From Parachlamydiales bacterium (GTDB taxonomy: Bacteria > Chlamydiota > Chlamydiia > Chlamydiales > JAFEGQ01): a DNA stretch of 64,000 nucleotides. The stretch covers positions 1,893 to 65,892 of the forward strand of contig JBFWPF010000004.1 of the NCBI GenBank assembly GCA_050250135.1. The letters are read 5' to 3'. The notes below the pieces were generated by a model. That model had not been told where the DNA came from, searched no databases, and saw only the letters and a list, made by a program, of their open reading frames with translations. Shown here one piece after another: positions 8,901 through 17,168 of the stretch (positions within the stretch are counted from its first letter, which is position 1; every line of letters begins with the position of its first letter). A program made the translations under genes and the position numbers.

Positions 8901-10324
8901 CCCTTGATAACGAGGTGGGGTTTGAGGCGGACGACCCGCCTCGCAAGGCCGGCCTCTTCGACCGCCTCTACGACGGTATCCACATCTTTATAGGCATCGG
9001 GCATCTCTTCGGTGATCGTCCGCATGGAGGTGGCCCGGACGGTGACCCCTTGCGCCTCCATATAATGGAGGGGATCCCGCCCCCGCCAGGCGGCCGAGGA
9101 TTTGTGGCGGCTCCGGGCCCGCCCCGCCCCATGACAGGAGGAGCAAAAGGTGAGGGGGTTGCCCTGGCCGACCATCAGGTGGCTCGCCCGCCCCATATCT
9201 CCGGGGACGAGGACCGGCTGGCCGGTGGGGCGGTAGAGGGGGGCAAGCTCGGGAGCGCCGGGACCGTAGGCGCGGGTCGCCCCTTTTCTGTGTACGCATA
9301 ACATACGCCTTTTCCCCTCTACGGTGTGCTCTTCGAACTTGGCGATGTTGTGGCAGACGTCGTAGACGAGGCGGACCTGTTCGGGAGGGATATTCAGGAT
9401 CTCATGGATCCCTTGCCGGATCTCGTGGAGGATCTGCTGCCGGTTGTTGAAGGCAAAGTTGGCCGCAGCGGCCATGGCAGAGAAGTACCCTTTGCCAAGG
9501 TCGCTTTTGATCGGGGCGCAGACAAGCTGCCGGTCGGGGAGCCCCTTGTCGAGGCCGGCCCGGACAAAGGTGTTGAGGGTATCTTGGCAGACCTGGTGGC
9601 CAAAGCCGCGTGAGCCCGAGTGGATAAGGAGGTAGGTCTGCCCCTCTTCGATATTCCAGGCAGAGGCGATCTCGGGGAGGAAGGTCTTTTGGACGGTGCC
9701 GAGCTCGACAAAGTGGTTGCCCGAGCCGATCGAGCCGAGCTGCTTTTGGCCGCGGCGGCGGGCGTAATCGGAGACGGCGTCGATGGAGCCGCCGGCGATG
9801 CAGCCGAGGCTCTCGGTGTGGTCGAGGTCGGAGGCAAAGCCGTAGCCATGCTCGACCGACCAGCGAGCTCCCTGCTCGAGGAGCTGCCGGTAGTCCCGGT
9901 CGGAGAGGCCCCGCTTCTCTTTGTGGCCCCGGCCAACGCCCGAGGGGACGAGGTGGAAGAGGCGCTCGATAAGGCGGTCCCGCGTGCCCCCTTTGATATC
10001 GCTAAAGGGGAGGGGGAGGAGGGCAAGGCGGACGCCGCAGTTGATGTCGTAGCCGACCCCTCCAGGGCTGATGACGCCGGTATCGGGATCCATCGCGGCG
10101 ACGCCGCCGATCGGAAAGCCGTAGCCCCAATGGATGTCGGGCATCGCAATGCTGTAGCCGACGATGCCGGGGAGATGGGCGACATTGGCTACCTGCTCGA
10201 GCGGCTTGTCGATCTCTAGCTCTTTTATCAGACCTTCAGTGGCGATGACGAGGCCAGGAACACGCATCCCGCCCGTTTTAGGCAGCTCATAGGTGGCCGG
10301 ACCGATCTTCTTCAGCTCAGACAT
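8897..10324 (-). CDS. rtcB: RNA-splicing ligase RtcB
   Basis: 475 aa with RtcB hallmarks: DIHWGYGFPIGGVAA, GGVGYDINCGVRL, GSGNHFVELG, HSGSRGFGHQV, CHNIA, HRKGATRA, PGDMG and SSCHGAGR. Confidence 0.93.
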   Translation of the reverse strand: MSELKKIGPATYELPKTGGMRVPGLVIATEGLIKELEIDKPLEQVANVAHLPGIVGYSIAMPDIHWGYGFPIGGVAAMDPDTGVISPGGVGYDINCGVRLALLPLPFSDIKGGTRDRLIERLFHLVPSGVGRGHKEKRGLSDRDYRQLLEQGARWSVEHGYGFASDLDHTESLGCIAGGSIDAVSDYARRRGQKQLGSIGSGNHFVELGTVQKTFLPEIASAWNIEEGQTYLLIHSGSRGFGHQVCQDTLNTFVRAGLDKGLPDRQLVCAPIKSDLGKGYFSAMAAAANFAFNNRQQILHEIRQGIHEILNIPPEQVRLVYDVCHNIAKFEEHTVEGKRRMLCVHRKGATRAYGPGAPELAPLYRPTGQPVLVPGDMGRASHLMVGQGNPLTFCSSCHGAGRARSRHKSSAAWRGRDPLHYMEAQGVTVRATSMRTITEEMPDAYKDVDTVVEAVEEAGLARRVVRLKPHLVIKG

Positions 10325-11090
10325 CGACGATCATCTCCCAATGGAGGAGCCCCTCCGTTTCGACAATTTCCCCATGGAAGCTGACCGCCTTGAAGGGGCA
10401 GCCGCTTTCGGCATCGGTTTCGGCGATCTGGGCATTGAGGGCAATGATAATCTCGGTGAGGTCGTGCTGGGGAGTGGGCCATCCAAAAACGGGCGGGTAG
10501 TGGAAGCCGAGGGCGAGAAGGGCGCCCAGGTGGAGCTGTTCGGGTGTCTCGCCCCAGATGTGGAAGGCGATATCGGCGGTGTGGGGGATCTCTTCAAAGG
10601 GAGGGCGCACCTTAATTCGGTAGTGGGAGCGGTATTTTGAAGCGCCGAGGCTCTCGTAGAGGTGGAGATCGCCGAGGTAGCAGGGTAGGGGGATAAAGGT
10701 CTCCTTCCATGCTTTGAAATCGCGGGGCTCTCTTGCGATGGTGATGTGATTGAGGAGGGGTCTATCGGGGTGGGAGGGCGTAAGGCCAGCTTGCAGGCAT
10801 CTCTGGACAAGGTTAGCGGCATAAGGGGAGAGGTCCTGCAGAAGCTCAAAATGGTAGGCAGCGACGTGGGGATGGCGCTCGGGGAGAAACACTAGCCTGT
10901 CGATCAAGGCGGCCTTCCCCACAGCAAAGGGCGCCTCCAACTCTTGTGCGATCTCCAGTGCCTTCTCAAGGGGGGCATTGCCAAGGAACGCGAGGGTAAG
11001 GTGGCGCGCCTCCTCATCGAGAACCCGTCCCGCAGGAAAGTTCTCCGGCCACGGTGCATGCGTCTCTAACGCAAAGAAGAGGTTGCCCAT
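10317..11090 (-). CDS. fusion protein: 2H phosphoesterase (LigT / 2'-5' RNA ligase-like) N-domain plus archease C-domain
   Basis: 257 aa. Two HxTx motifs (HLTLAFLG and HITIAREP) define the 2H fold. The C-terminal ~90 aa, FEEIPHTADIAFHIWGETPEQL ... KAVSFHGEIVETEGLLHWEMIVDV, match archease N- and C-terminal signatures. Its stop overlaps the rtcB ATG by 8 nt. Confidence 0.78.
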   Translation of the reverse strand: MGNLFFALETHAPWPENFPAGRVLDEEARHLTLAFLGNAPLEKALEIAQELEAPFAVGKAALIDRLVFLPERHPHVAAYHFELLQDLSPYAANLVQRCLQAGLTPSHPDRPLLNHITIAREPRDFKAWKETFIPLPCYLGDLHLYESLGASKYRSHYRIKVRPPFEEIPHTADIAFHIWGETPEQLHLGALLALGFHYPPVFGWPTPQHDLTEIIIALNAQIAETDAESGCPFKAVSFHGEIVETEGLLHWEMIVDV

Positions 11091-11158
11091 CTCTTCATGG
11101 TAGCACGATTAGGAAACTTGACAATGGGGCGGTTTCGCCACTACATTCTTCGCCCAAT

Positions 11159-13621
11159 ATGGAACCCACTTCAGTAAAGCTGCCTGAACTTCCCCTCCCA
11201 CCCCCCCTTGGGCTCCATTTGGACCCGAAAGGGCTCGCCCTGAACGTTAAGGCCTACTTCACGCCCGAGCGTCGCGAGGCCAAATGGAAAGAGATCAAGA
11301 TGGGGAGCTATGAGTCGCCCGCAAGCGCCCTTTGGTTTCAGCTGCTCGAGGACTTTTGCAAGCTGCCCGAAACCAAATCCCAGCAGTTGATCCCCTCGCT
11401 GATTGCCCTCTTCGACGCAGAACGTAGGATCTCCCAGTTGGAGCACTACTGCATAGGGTGGTACCTCTCTGCCGACCCTGATCGCATTGAAACGGCCCCG
11501 GAGGTGCACAAGAAGGCAGTCGGGCTGCTTGACACGGCCATTGGGGGCTTGAGTACCTGGAAAGATGACACGGGGTTAAAGGGGACCCTCCCCACCCTAA
11601 TCGACCATGTTCGGCTCCTCCGAGATGGGGTGGCGCTCCAGCCGGGCTGGGCCCTCTTGCCGAGGGGCCAGAAGCTCTCCTTTTCTGAGGGGTGCGCCTC
11701 CGTTGTGCAGCGGATCCAAAGGGTGGAGGCTGGAGAGCGGCGGCTAGCCCTTTGGGCAGGAACCATAGCCTCAAAGGAGCTGAGCCAGGATCTGAAGCAA
11801 TTTACCGGTGAGGCGATCGGCCTCTACAAGCGTTGGTCCGACCCCAAAAATAGCCCCACCATCGAGGAGGTCACTCTACTGGCGCAAAGGTGGGATGCCT
11901 TCAATGACCCCTTCTTTGAGAAGGTAGGCAAGCATTTCGACCAGATCAACCTAGAGTGGTACGAGAAAGGAGAGCATCAGCGCGAGCGGATCTTCTTTCT
12001 CGACGGCTTTTTGACCGCGCCAATAGGTTACCTCAACACCTCAACCCGCCTCTCCCTCAATGCCAATACCCTCCGGAACACCACTGCGGCCCGTTTTGTG
12101 GAGGTCTGGAAGGAGATGCTGCTCCTAAAATTGCCCGTGGAAAGGGTGAATGAGGGGTGGAACGAGCTTCTGCCTATAGCCGAGTGGGAGAAGCGGTGGC
12201 CGGAGGGGGGAAACGCCTATAGAGAGGTCATCGAAAGCCATCGATTCCATTTTGCCAAAATAGTTCAGACGCTGAGCCGGATAGAAGGGCGGCTCAAGGT
12301 TATTGAAGGGGCACAAAAGGTCACAACCGAGCAGCTGGCCCAGGAGCACCTGGCATTGATCCAGCTCCTAGGCCGGTGTCAGCTGGTTTTGGAGGGGTTG
12401 CACGAGCCCCTTTTCGACTTTCAGGGGCTTTTGAGTCGACGCGAAGATAAGCCGCTCGAGTTCTGGGAGGACTGCCAGCTTGCAGTTGAGGGGTATGTGG
12501 TCCTGAAGGGCCTCCTCACCGCTATCTTGCGGACTGCCCGCCGGATTACCCTTACCGGCTTTACCCCAGCCAAGAAGCAGAAAAGGAGGACAGCCCCCTG
12601 GCAGCCCTGGGGAGTATCGGCGACGGTCCAGCCTCCCAAGATAGAAGCGGGCTTAAAGGTTGAGCACAAGCTTGGGGAAGAGGTCTCCCCGTTTGAGGCC
12701 CGGGCCTACTTGCGCGATCTGATCCATCTGGCTGGGGAGGGCGCGATCGATCTCTATAGTGCCCTCTACCCGGTTACGCCTGAGGAGCACCTGAGCACCC
12801 TCTATGACCTTGCCCTGTTGGATGAGATGATCCGCTTTCCTGGGTTAGAGCATCCCCAAAAGGCGAAGCGGGCGGGGGAGCTATGGGAGACCTTCAATAC
12901 CCCCTCTCCTCAGGTGCTAGAGGAGATGAAGGAGAGGACCCTAGCGCTAATTGGGGCACTGGACAAGGAGGCGAAGAATCCCCCCCTCCCCGAAAAGCCC
13001 TTGCTGAAGGTAGTGCCGATTAAGCTTGGGGAGGTGGACTCTCTCGGTGCGGTTCCCTTAGTTCGTCCCACGCCAATCGATAGCAAACCGCGAGCTTTAA
13101 GCCGCATTGTCAGTTGCGTGAATATGATCATCTGTTGGAAAGCAAGCCCCTGCTTTGGAGAGAGGGGGATGAAGGAGCGGAGGGCCGATCGAAACCGGAT
13201 TCTCTCTGAGGTGGAGCGGCTCCTCCCGATGCTTGGCGAAGCGATAGTGCAGGATGCCTCCAGCCCTAGGGCCGTTCGTGGTCGGTTTGAGCTTGCCCTT
13301 GATATCTTCCGTTTTGGGCATATAGCGGCACTGGCCCACCTCGACCTCTACCCGAATGGGCGCTACCTGCTCGATGAGCCGGCTACGCCTCATACAACCT
13401 GGCGCTACTCAGAGGATCTACTGAAGCTCAACGAGCTCCTCGTGGCCTGTCACCAGAAGAGCGGGTTTCCCGATCTCACAACTCAGCCGTGGATCAAGGA
13501 ATTGTCCCTCCAGCTGCGCGCCGAAGGGCCGAAGGCAGAACTGGAGATCGAATACCTCTACTCCCTTATCGATTTGATTTATCAGACGATACTAAGCGGC
13601 TTCCCCCAGCCGACGCTGTAG
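11159..13621 (+). CDS. large hypothetical protein (no TM, helical, no recognised domain)
   Basis: ORF 11054..13621. Its first 35 codons overlap the divergent gene, so the ATG at 11159 (MEPTSVKLPELP...) is preferred. A long uninterrupted frame with ordinary amino-acid composition. Confidence 0.6.
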   Translation: MEPTSVKLPELPLPPPLGLHLDPKGLALNVKAYFTPERREAKWKEIKMGSYESPASALWFQLLEDFCKLPETKSQQLIPSLIALFDAERRISQLEHYCIGWYLSADPDRIETAPEVHKKAVGLLDTAIGGLSTWKDDTGLKGTLPTLIDHVRLLRDGVALQPGWALLPRGQKLSFSEGCASVVQRIQRVEAGERRLALWAGTIASKELSQDLKQFTGEAIGLYKRWSDPKNSPTIEEVTLLAQRWDAFNDPFFEKVGKHFDQINLEWYEKGEHQRERIFFLDGFLTAPIGYLNTSTRLSLNANTLRNTTAARFVEVWKEMLLLKLPVERVNEGWNELLPIAEWEKRWPEGGNAYREVIESHRFHFAKIVQTLSRIEGRLKVIEGAQKVTTEQLAQEHLALIQLLGRCQLVLEGLHEPLFDFQGLLSRREDKPLEFWEDCQLAVEGYVVLKGLLTAILRTARRITLTGFTPAKKQKRRTAPWQPWGVSATVQPPKIEAGLKVEHKLGEEVSPFEARAYLRDLIHLAGEGAIDLYSALYPVTPEEHLSTLYDLALLDEMIRFPGLEHPQKAKRAGELWETFNTPSPQVLEEMKERTLALIGALDKEAKNPPLPEKPLLKVVPIKLGEVDSLGAVPLVRPTPIDSKPRALSRIVSCVNMIICWKASPCFGERGMKERRADRNRILSEVERLLPMLGEAIVQDASSPRAVRGRFELALDIFRFGHIAALAHLDLYPNGRYLLDEPATPHTTWRYSEDLLKLNELLVACHQKSGFPDLTTQPWIKELSLQLRAEGPKAELEIEYLYSLIDLIYQTILSGFPQPTL

Positions 13622-13655
13622 CCCTCTGGTTGTCATTTTCTCTAGCTTGGCCTAT

Positions 13656-13828
13656 TTAGGGCGTGTAATCAACTAGCTCTCCTTGATCTCCAGGGGAAAG
13701 CTGGGCTCCCAGAGAGGTTTCCTCGTCTCGGACAGGGCGCTTTGGCCCTGCCCTTCGACTCGGAAACATCCCTGGAAACCCCCTTTCCCTCTGGATATCA
13801 AGGACATTTAATTGATTACACGCCCTAA
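13656..13828. mobile_element. MITE-like element with 17-bp perfect terminal inverted repeats
   Basis: TTAGGGCGTGTAATCAA (13656-13672) and its exact reverse complement TTGATTACACGCCCTAA (13812-13828). A nested inner inverted repeat is CCTTGATCTCCAGGG / CCCTCTGGATATCAAGG. The same TIR sequence occurs at 35575-35591. There is no ORF. It ends 6 bp before the MFS start codon. Confidence 0.7.
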
Positions 13829-13834
13829 CCCGCT

Positions 13835-15067
13835 ATGTTCATTGACAATGGCGCCCGCCGCTCCTACATCGCTGTCCTGGTCACCTACGCCCTCGACCTA
13901 ATCGGCTTCTCGATCGTCTTTCCGGTGCTCGCCCCCCTCTTTCTCCACCCGATGTATGGCTTTTTCCCCGCCGAAACCTCCGAGCTCTTCCGAACCACGA
14001 TGCTGGGAGTGGCCTTTGCCCTCTTCTCCCTTGCCCAATTTTTTGCAGCGCCGATGCTCGGAGCGGCGGCCGACCACATCGGGCGGCGGAAGGTCTTCCT
14101 GATTACGATTGCTTTGAGTGTGGTCGGCTACGGGGTTTTGGCTTTGAGTGTGATGTGGGACAACCTCTGGCTGCTGCTTCTAGGCCGCCTCTGGACCGGC
14201 TCCTGCTCGGGTAATGCGGCCATCGCCCAGTCGGCCGTTGCCGACATCGCCTACCCGGAGCACCGAGCTAAGGCCTTTGGTTACCTAAACGGAATTGGCG
14301 GTGTCGGCTTTGTGGTGGGCCCCTTCCTTGGCGGCCTCCTCGCTGAGCCCGAATGGCTAGGCGGATCGATCCCCTTCCTCTTTGTTGGCGCCGTCTCTAT
14401 CCTCAATCTCCTTATCGTCTACGCCTTCTTCTCCGAAACCTACCTCCCCCACGCAGAGGGGCCGCTGATGAAAGGGCTTGTCCGCTCCTTCCGCAACCTC
14501 CACCTTGTTTTCCAGATGCCAGCGCTTCGCACGATGATCCTCCTCTACTTCGTCTTTCTTGCTGCCGACTCGATGTTCCTCACCTTTTTGCCCACCTATT
14601 TTGTGCAGCGGTTCAATCTCAAGCCCGATCTGATCGGGGATATCTACGCCTACACCTCGATCATTTGGATGGTAATGCTGCTGGTCATCAACAGGGAGCT
14701 GCTCAAGTGGTGTTCCTTGCGGGTCCTTTCGCTATGGGGCAGCCTGGTTTTTGGCCTTTCGGTGATTCTCATGATGCTGATGCCGAATCCTTGGTGGATT
14801 CTCCCCGTGCTGGTTCCCGCCGTTGCGGGAGCGGCCCTAGCCTACTCCAATATGGGAGCAATGGTCTCCCATGCCGCCCCACCCGATTACCAGGGGCGGG
14901 CCCTCGGCGCCTCCACCTCAGCCCTCTCCCTCTCCCAAATTGCGGCGTCGCTACTAGCAGGGCCGCTTGCTGGGCTCAACGATTACCTCCCCCTCAGTGT
15001 CGGGGCGGCGTGTGCCCTATTAACCGCCCTCCTTCTCACCAATCGGAGGTGTGCCGGTGACACCTGA
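13835..15067 (+). CDS. MFS transporter (12-TM drug/H+ antiporter-like)
   Basis: 410 aa and highly hydrophobic. MFS loop 2-3 motif GAAADHIGRRKV and the GRLWTGSCSGN block are present. Confidence 0.85.
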   Translation: MFIDNGARRSYIAVLVTYALDLIGFSIVFPVLAPLFLHPMYGFFPAETSELFRTTMLGVAFALFSLAQFFAAPMLGAAADHIGRRKVFLITIALSVVGYGVLALSVMWDNLWLLLLGRLWTGSCSGNAAIAQSAVADIAYPEHRAKAFGYLNGIGGVGFVVGPFLGGLLAEPEWLGGSIPFLFVGAVSILNLLIVYAFFSETYLPHAEGPLMKGLVRSFRNLHLVFQMPALRTMILLYFVFLAADSMFLTFLPTYFVQRFNLKPDLIGDIYAYTSIIWMVMLLVINRELLKWCSLRVLSLWGSLVFGLSVILMMLMPNPWWILPVLVPAVAGAALAYSNMGAMVSHAAPPDYQGRALGASTSALSLSQIAASLLAGPLAGLNDYLPLSVGAACALLTALLLTNRRCAGDT

Positions 15068-17168
15068 GTATGAGGTAATCGTGGTCGGCGCCGGACCCGC
15101 CGGCACCACCCTCTCCTACCTTCTGGCACGGAGTGGCAAGCGGGTGGCCCTCCTAGAAGCAGCTGAAGTGCTCGACCGGGAATTTCGGGGCCCTGCCTAC
15201 CAACCCGCTGTGGCCCGTCTCTGGGATGAGATGGGGATCCTGAGCGATATCCTCGAGCTTGATGTCCACCAGTTCGGCGCCTTCTCCTTTTTCGAAGAGG
15301 GCGAGAAGAAGGGGGGACTGGACCTCTCTCACCTTCCACCGCCCTACAATAAGCTCACCGTGATGCAGCAGGCCTCTCTCCTCAAGCGGATGGTAGCGCT
15401 GTGCGGGCAGTATCCCAACTTCACCTACCTGGGAGCCTGTCCCGTGACCGACCTCATCGAGGGCGGTGTTAAGTGCGCGATTGGCGAGCTTCGCGCTCCG
15501 CTGATTGTGGGATGTGATGGCCGCTTCTCCGCCGTGAGAAAAGCCGCAGGCATTGAGATGCACGAGGCCAAGCAGGCCTTCGATGTGGTCTGGTACGAGA
15601 TCGATCAGTTTGAGGGGGCCACACCGGAGCTCGGCTTCTACTCAACGCCCTCGGGCATCCTCCTCTACATCCCCAAAGAGGGGGGAAAGCTCCAGGTCGG
15701 TTGGATCATTCAGAAAGGGGAGTACCAGAAGCTCAAGGCAGGGGGATTGGACGCCTTTAAAGAGGTGATCGGGTCGATCGATCGCCGCTTAGCTGCGCCG
15801 CTCACCAGCTGGGAGCAGTGCCACCTCCTCGATGTGAAGATCGGGATGGCCAAGGAGTGGACAAAAGAGGGGGTGTTGCTGCTCGGCGACGCCGCCCACA
15901 TCGCCTCTCCAATGGGAGCTCTCGGCAACAAGTTCGCCATCGAAGATGCGGTGCTAGCCCACCCCTACATCATGGAGGGGATCCCCTTTCTCAAAAGACG
16001 GCAGCGGCAAATCCGAGGGATGCTCCACCTCCAGCGGATCATGGGGAGCCTCTTTCTCCAGCATCACTTTATCAGACGTTACCTGCTGCCGATTATCACA
16101 AAGACGCCCATCTGGAAGGGGATTATTCGCAAGGTGGCCCTGAGCAAAGTCTCGGTGCAGACCCGCTACTTCCGCGATCCTCCCCGCCGCTACCACCTCC
16201 TTAAGGTCAAGCAGATCATCACCGAAACCTCCCAAGCAAAGACCTTTATCTTTGAAACACCGCCCTCCTTTGCTGCGAAGGCGGGGCAGTTTATCACCCT
16301 CCGCCTCCTCAAGGGGGGGCGCCAATACAAGCGGTGCTACTCCCTCTCCAGCTTGCCTGGCGAAGAGCTTGCTATCACCGTTAAGCGGGTAGAAGGGGGA
16401 GTCGTCTCCACAGCGCTCCACGACGAGGTCAGGGTTGGCGATCGCCTCCTCCTACTCCCGCCCGCCGGCGAATTTGTCGCCTGCAATGCCCCTGCCTACA
16501 CCTTTATCGCAGCAGGAAGCGGGATTACACCCGTCTACTCCCTTATCCGCTCGCTTTTGCCCCACACCAAAGTCACCCTCCTCTACGTCAACACCTCATC
16601 CGACACCACTATATTCCGCCGGCAGCTCGACGACCTCCAGAGGCGCTATCCCGACACCTTCACCCTCCACCACCACTGGACAGCAGAGAAGGGGAGGCCT
16701 ACCCAGAAGACCCTGCAGCCCTACCTGACTCCTGAACTCTATCTATGCGGCCCTCCAGCCCTAATGGCCCTCACGGGTGATACCCCGTCACATCGGGAAA
16801 ACTACGCCTCAGTTACTGGCCTACAGGAGGAGCGCCCCTCGCCCGTTGCGCCTGCCATCGTTGGTTCAGGGGAGGAGAGCACGCCTGAAACCCTCTCGGT
16901 CACCCTCAATGGGAGGACTCAAACCATCCCCTGCCGCCCAAACGAAACCCTCCTCGACGCCGCCCTCTCAGCCGGCCTGCCCGCCCCTTTCTCCTGCCAG
17001 GAGGGGATCTGCAAGACTTGCAAAGCGACCCTCCTCAGCGGTAAGGTGCGGATGGACCGGCACGATGCGCTGACCGATCAGGAGATGGCAAAGGGGGAGA
17101 TCCTCACCTGCCGCGCTAAATCGCTCACCTCAACTTGCTCGGTCAATTATCCTAGCCAAGTGACCTGA
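15051..17168 (+). CDS. fusion: FAD-dependent monooxygenase + ferredoxin-NAD(P) reductase-type FAD/NAD module + plant-type 2Fe-2S ferredoxin
   Basis: 705 aa. N-terminus VIVVGAGPAGTTLSYLLARSGKRVALLE and LLGDAAHIASPMGALGNKFAIEDA (flavoprotein monooxygenase). Middle RCYSLSS, GGVVST and IAAGSGITP (FNR-like). C-terminus CQEGICKTCKA...LTC (2Fe-2S). GTG start at 15051 (alternative GTG at 15057). It overlaps the MFS stop, and its own stop overlaps the next ATG (TGATG). Confidence 0.82.
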   Translation: MPVTPEYEVIVVGAGPAGTTLSYLLARSGKRVALLEAAEVLDREFRGPAYQPAVARLWDEMGILSDILELDVHQFGAFSFFEEGEKKGGLDLSHLPPPYNKLTVMQQASLLKRMVALCGQYPNFTYLGACPVTDLIEGGVKCAIGELRAPLIVGCDGRFSAVRKAAGIEMHEAKQAFDVVWYEIDQFEGATPELGFYSTPSGILLYIPKEGGKLQVGWIIQKGEYQKLKAGGLDAFKEVIGSIDRRLAAPLTSWEQCHLLDVKIGMAKEWTKEGVLLLGDAAHIASPMGALGNKFAIEDAVLAHPYIMEGIPFLKRRQRQIRGMLHLQRIMGSLFLQHHFIRRYLLPIITKTPIWKGIIRKVALSKVSVQTRYFRDPPRRYHLLKVKQIITETSQAKTFIFETPPSFAAKAGQFITLRLLKGGRQYKRCYSLSSLPGEELAITVKRVEGGVVSTALHDEVRVGDRLLLLPPAGEFVACNAPAYTFIAAGSGITPVYSLIRSLLPHTKVTLLYVNTSSDTTIFRRQLDDLQRRYPDTFTLHHHWTAEKGRPTQKTLQPYLTPELYLCGPPALMALTGDTPSHRENYASVTGLQEERPSPVAPAIVGSGEESTPETLSVTLNGRTQTIPCRPNETLLDAALSAGLPAPFSCQEGICKTCKATLLSGKVRMDRHDALTDQEMAKGEILTCRAKSLTSTCSVNYPSQVT

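Noticed and set aside
8695-8946. Small ORFs 8695..8946 (-) and 35556..35807 (+), which share the peptide LC(A/V)LCGK
   Set aside because: The shared peptide arises from the shared repeat module CTCTGTG.TCTCTGTGG.AAAA. Both ORFs lie in intergenic mosaic repeats, overlap real gene ends, and have Arg/Gly/Pro/Ser-rich composition.
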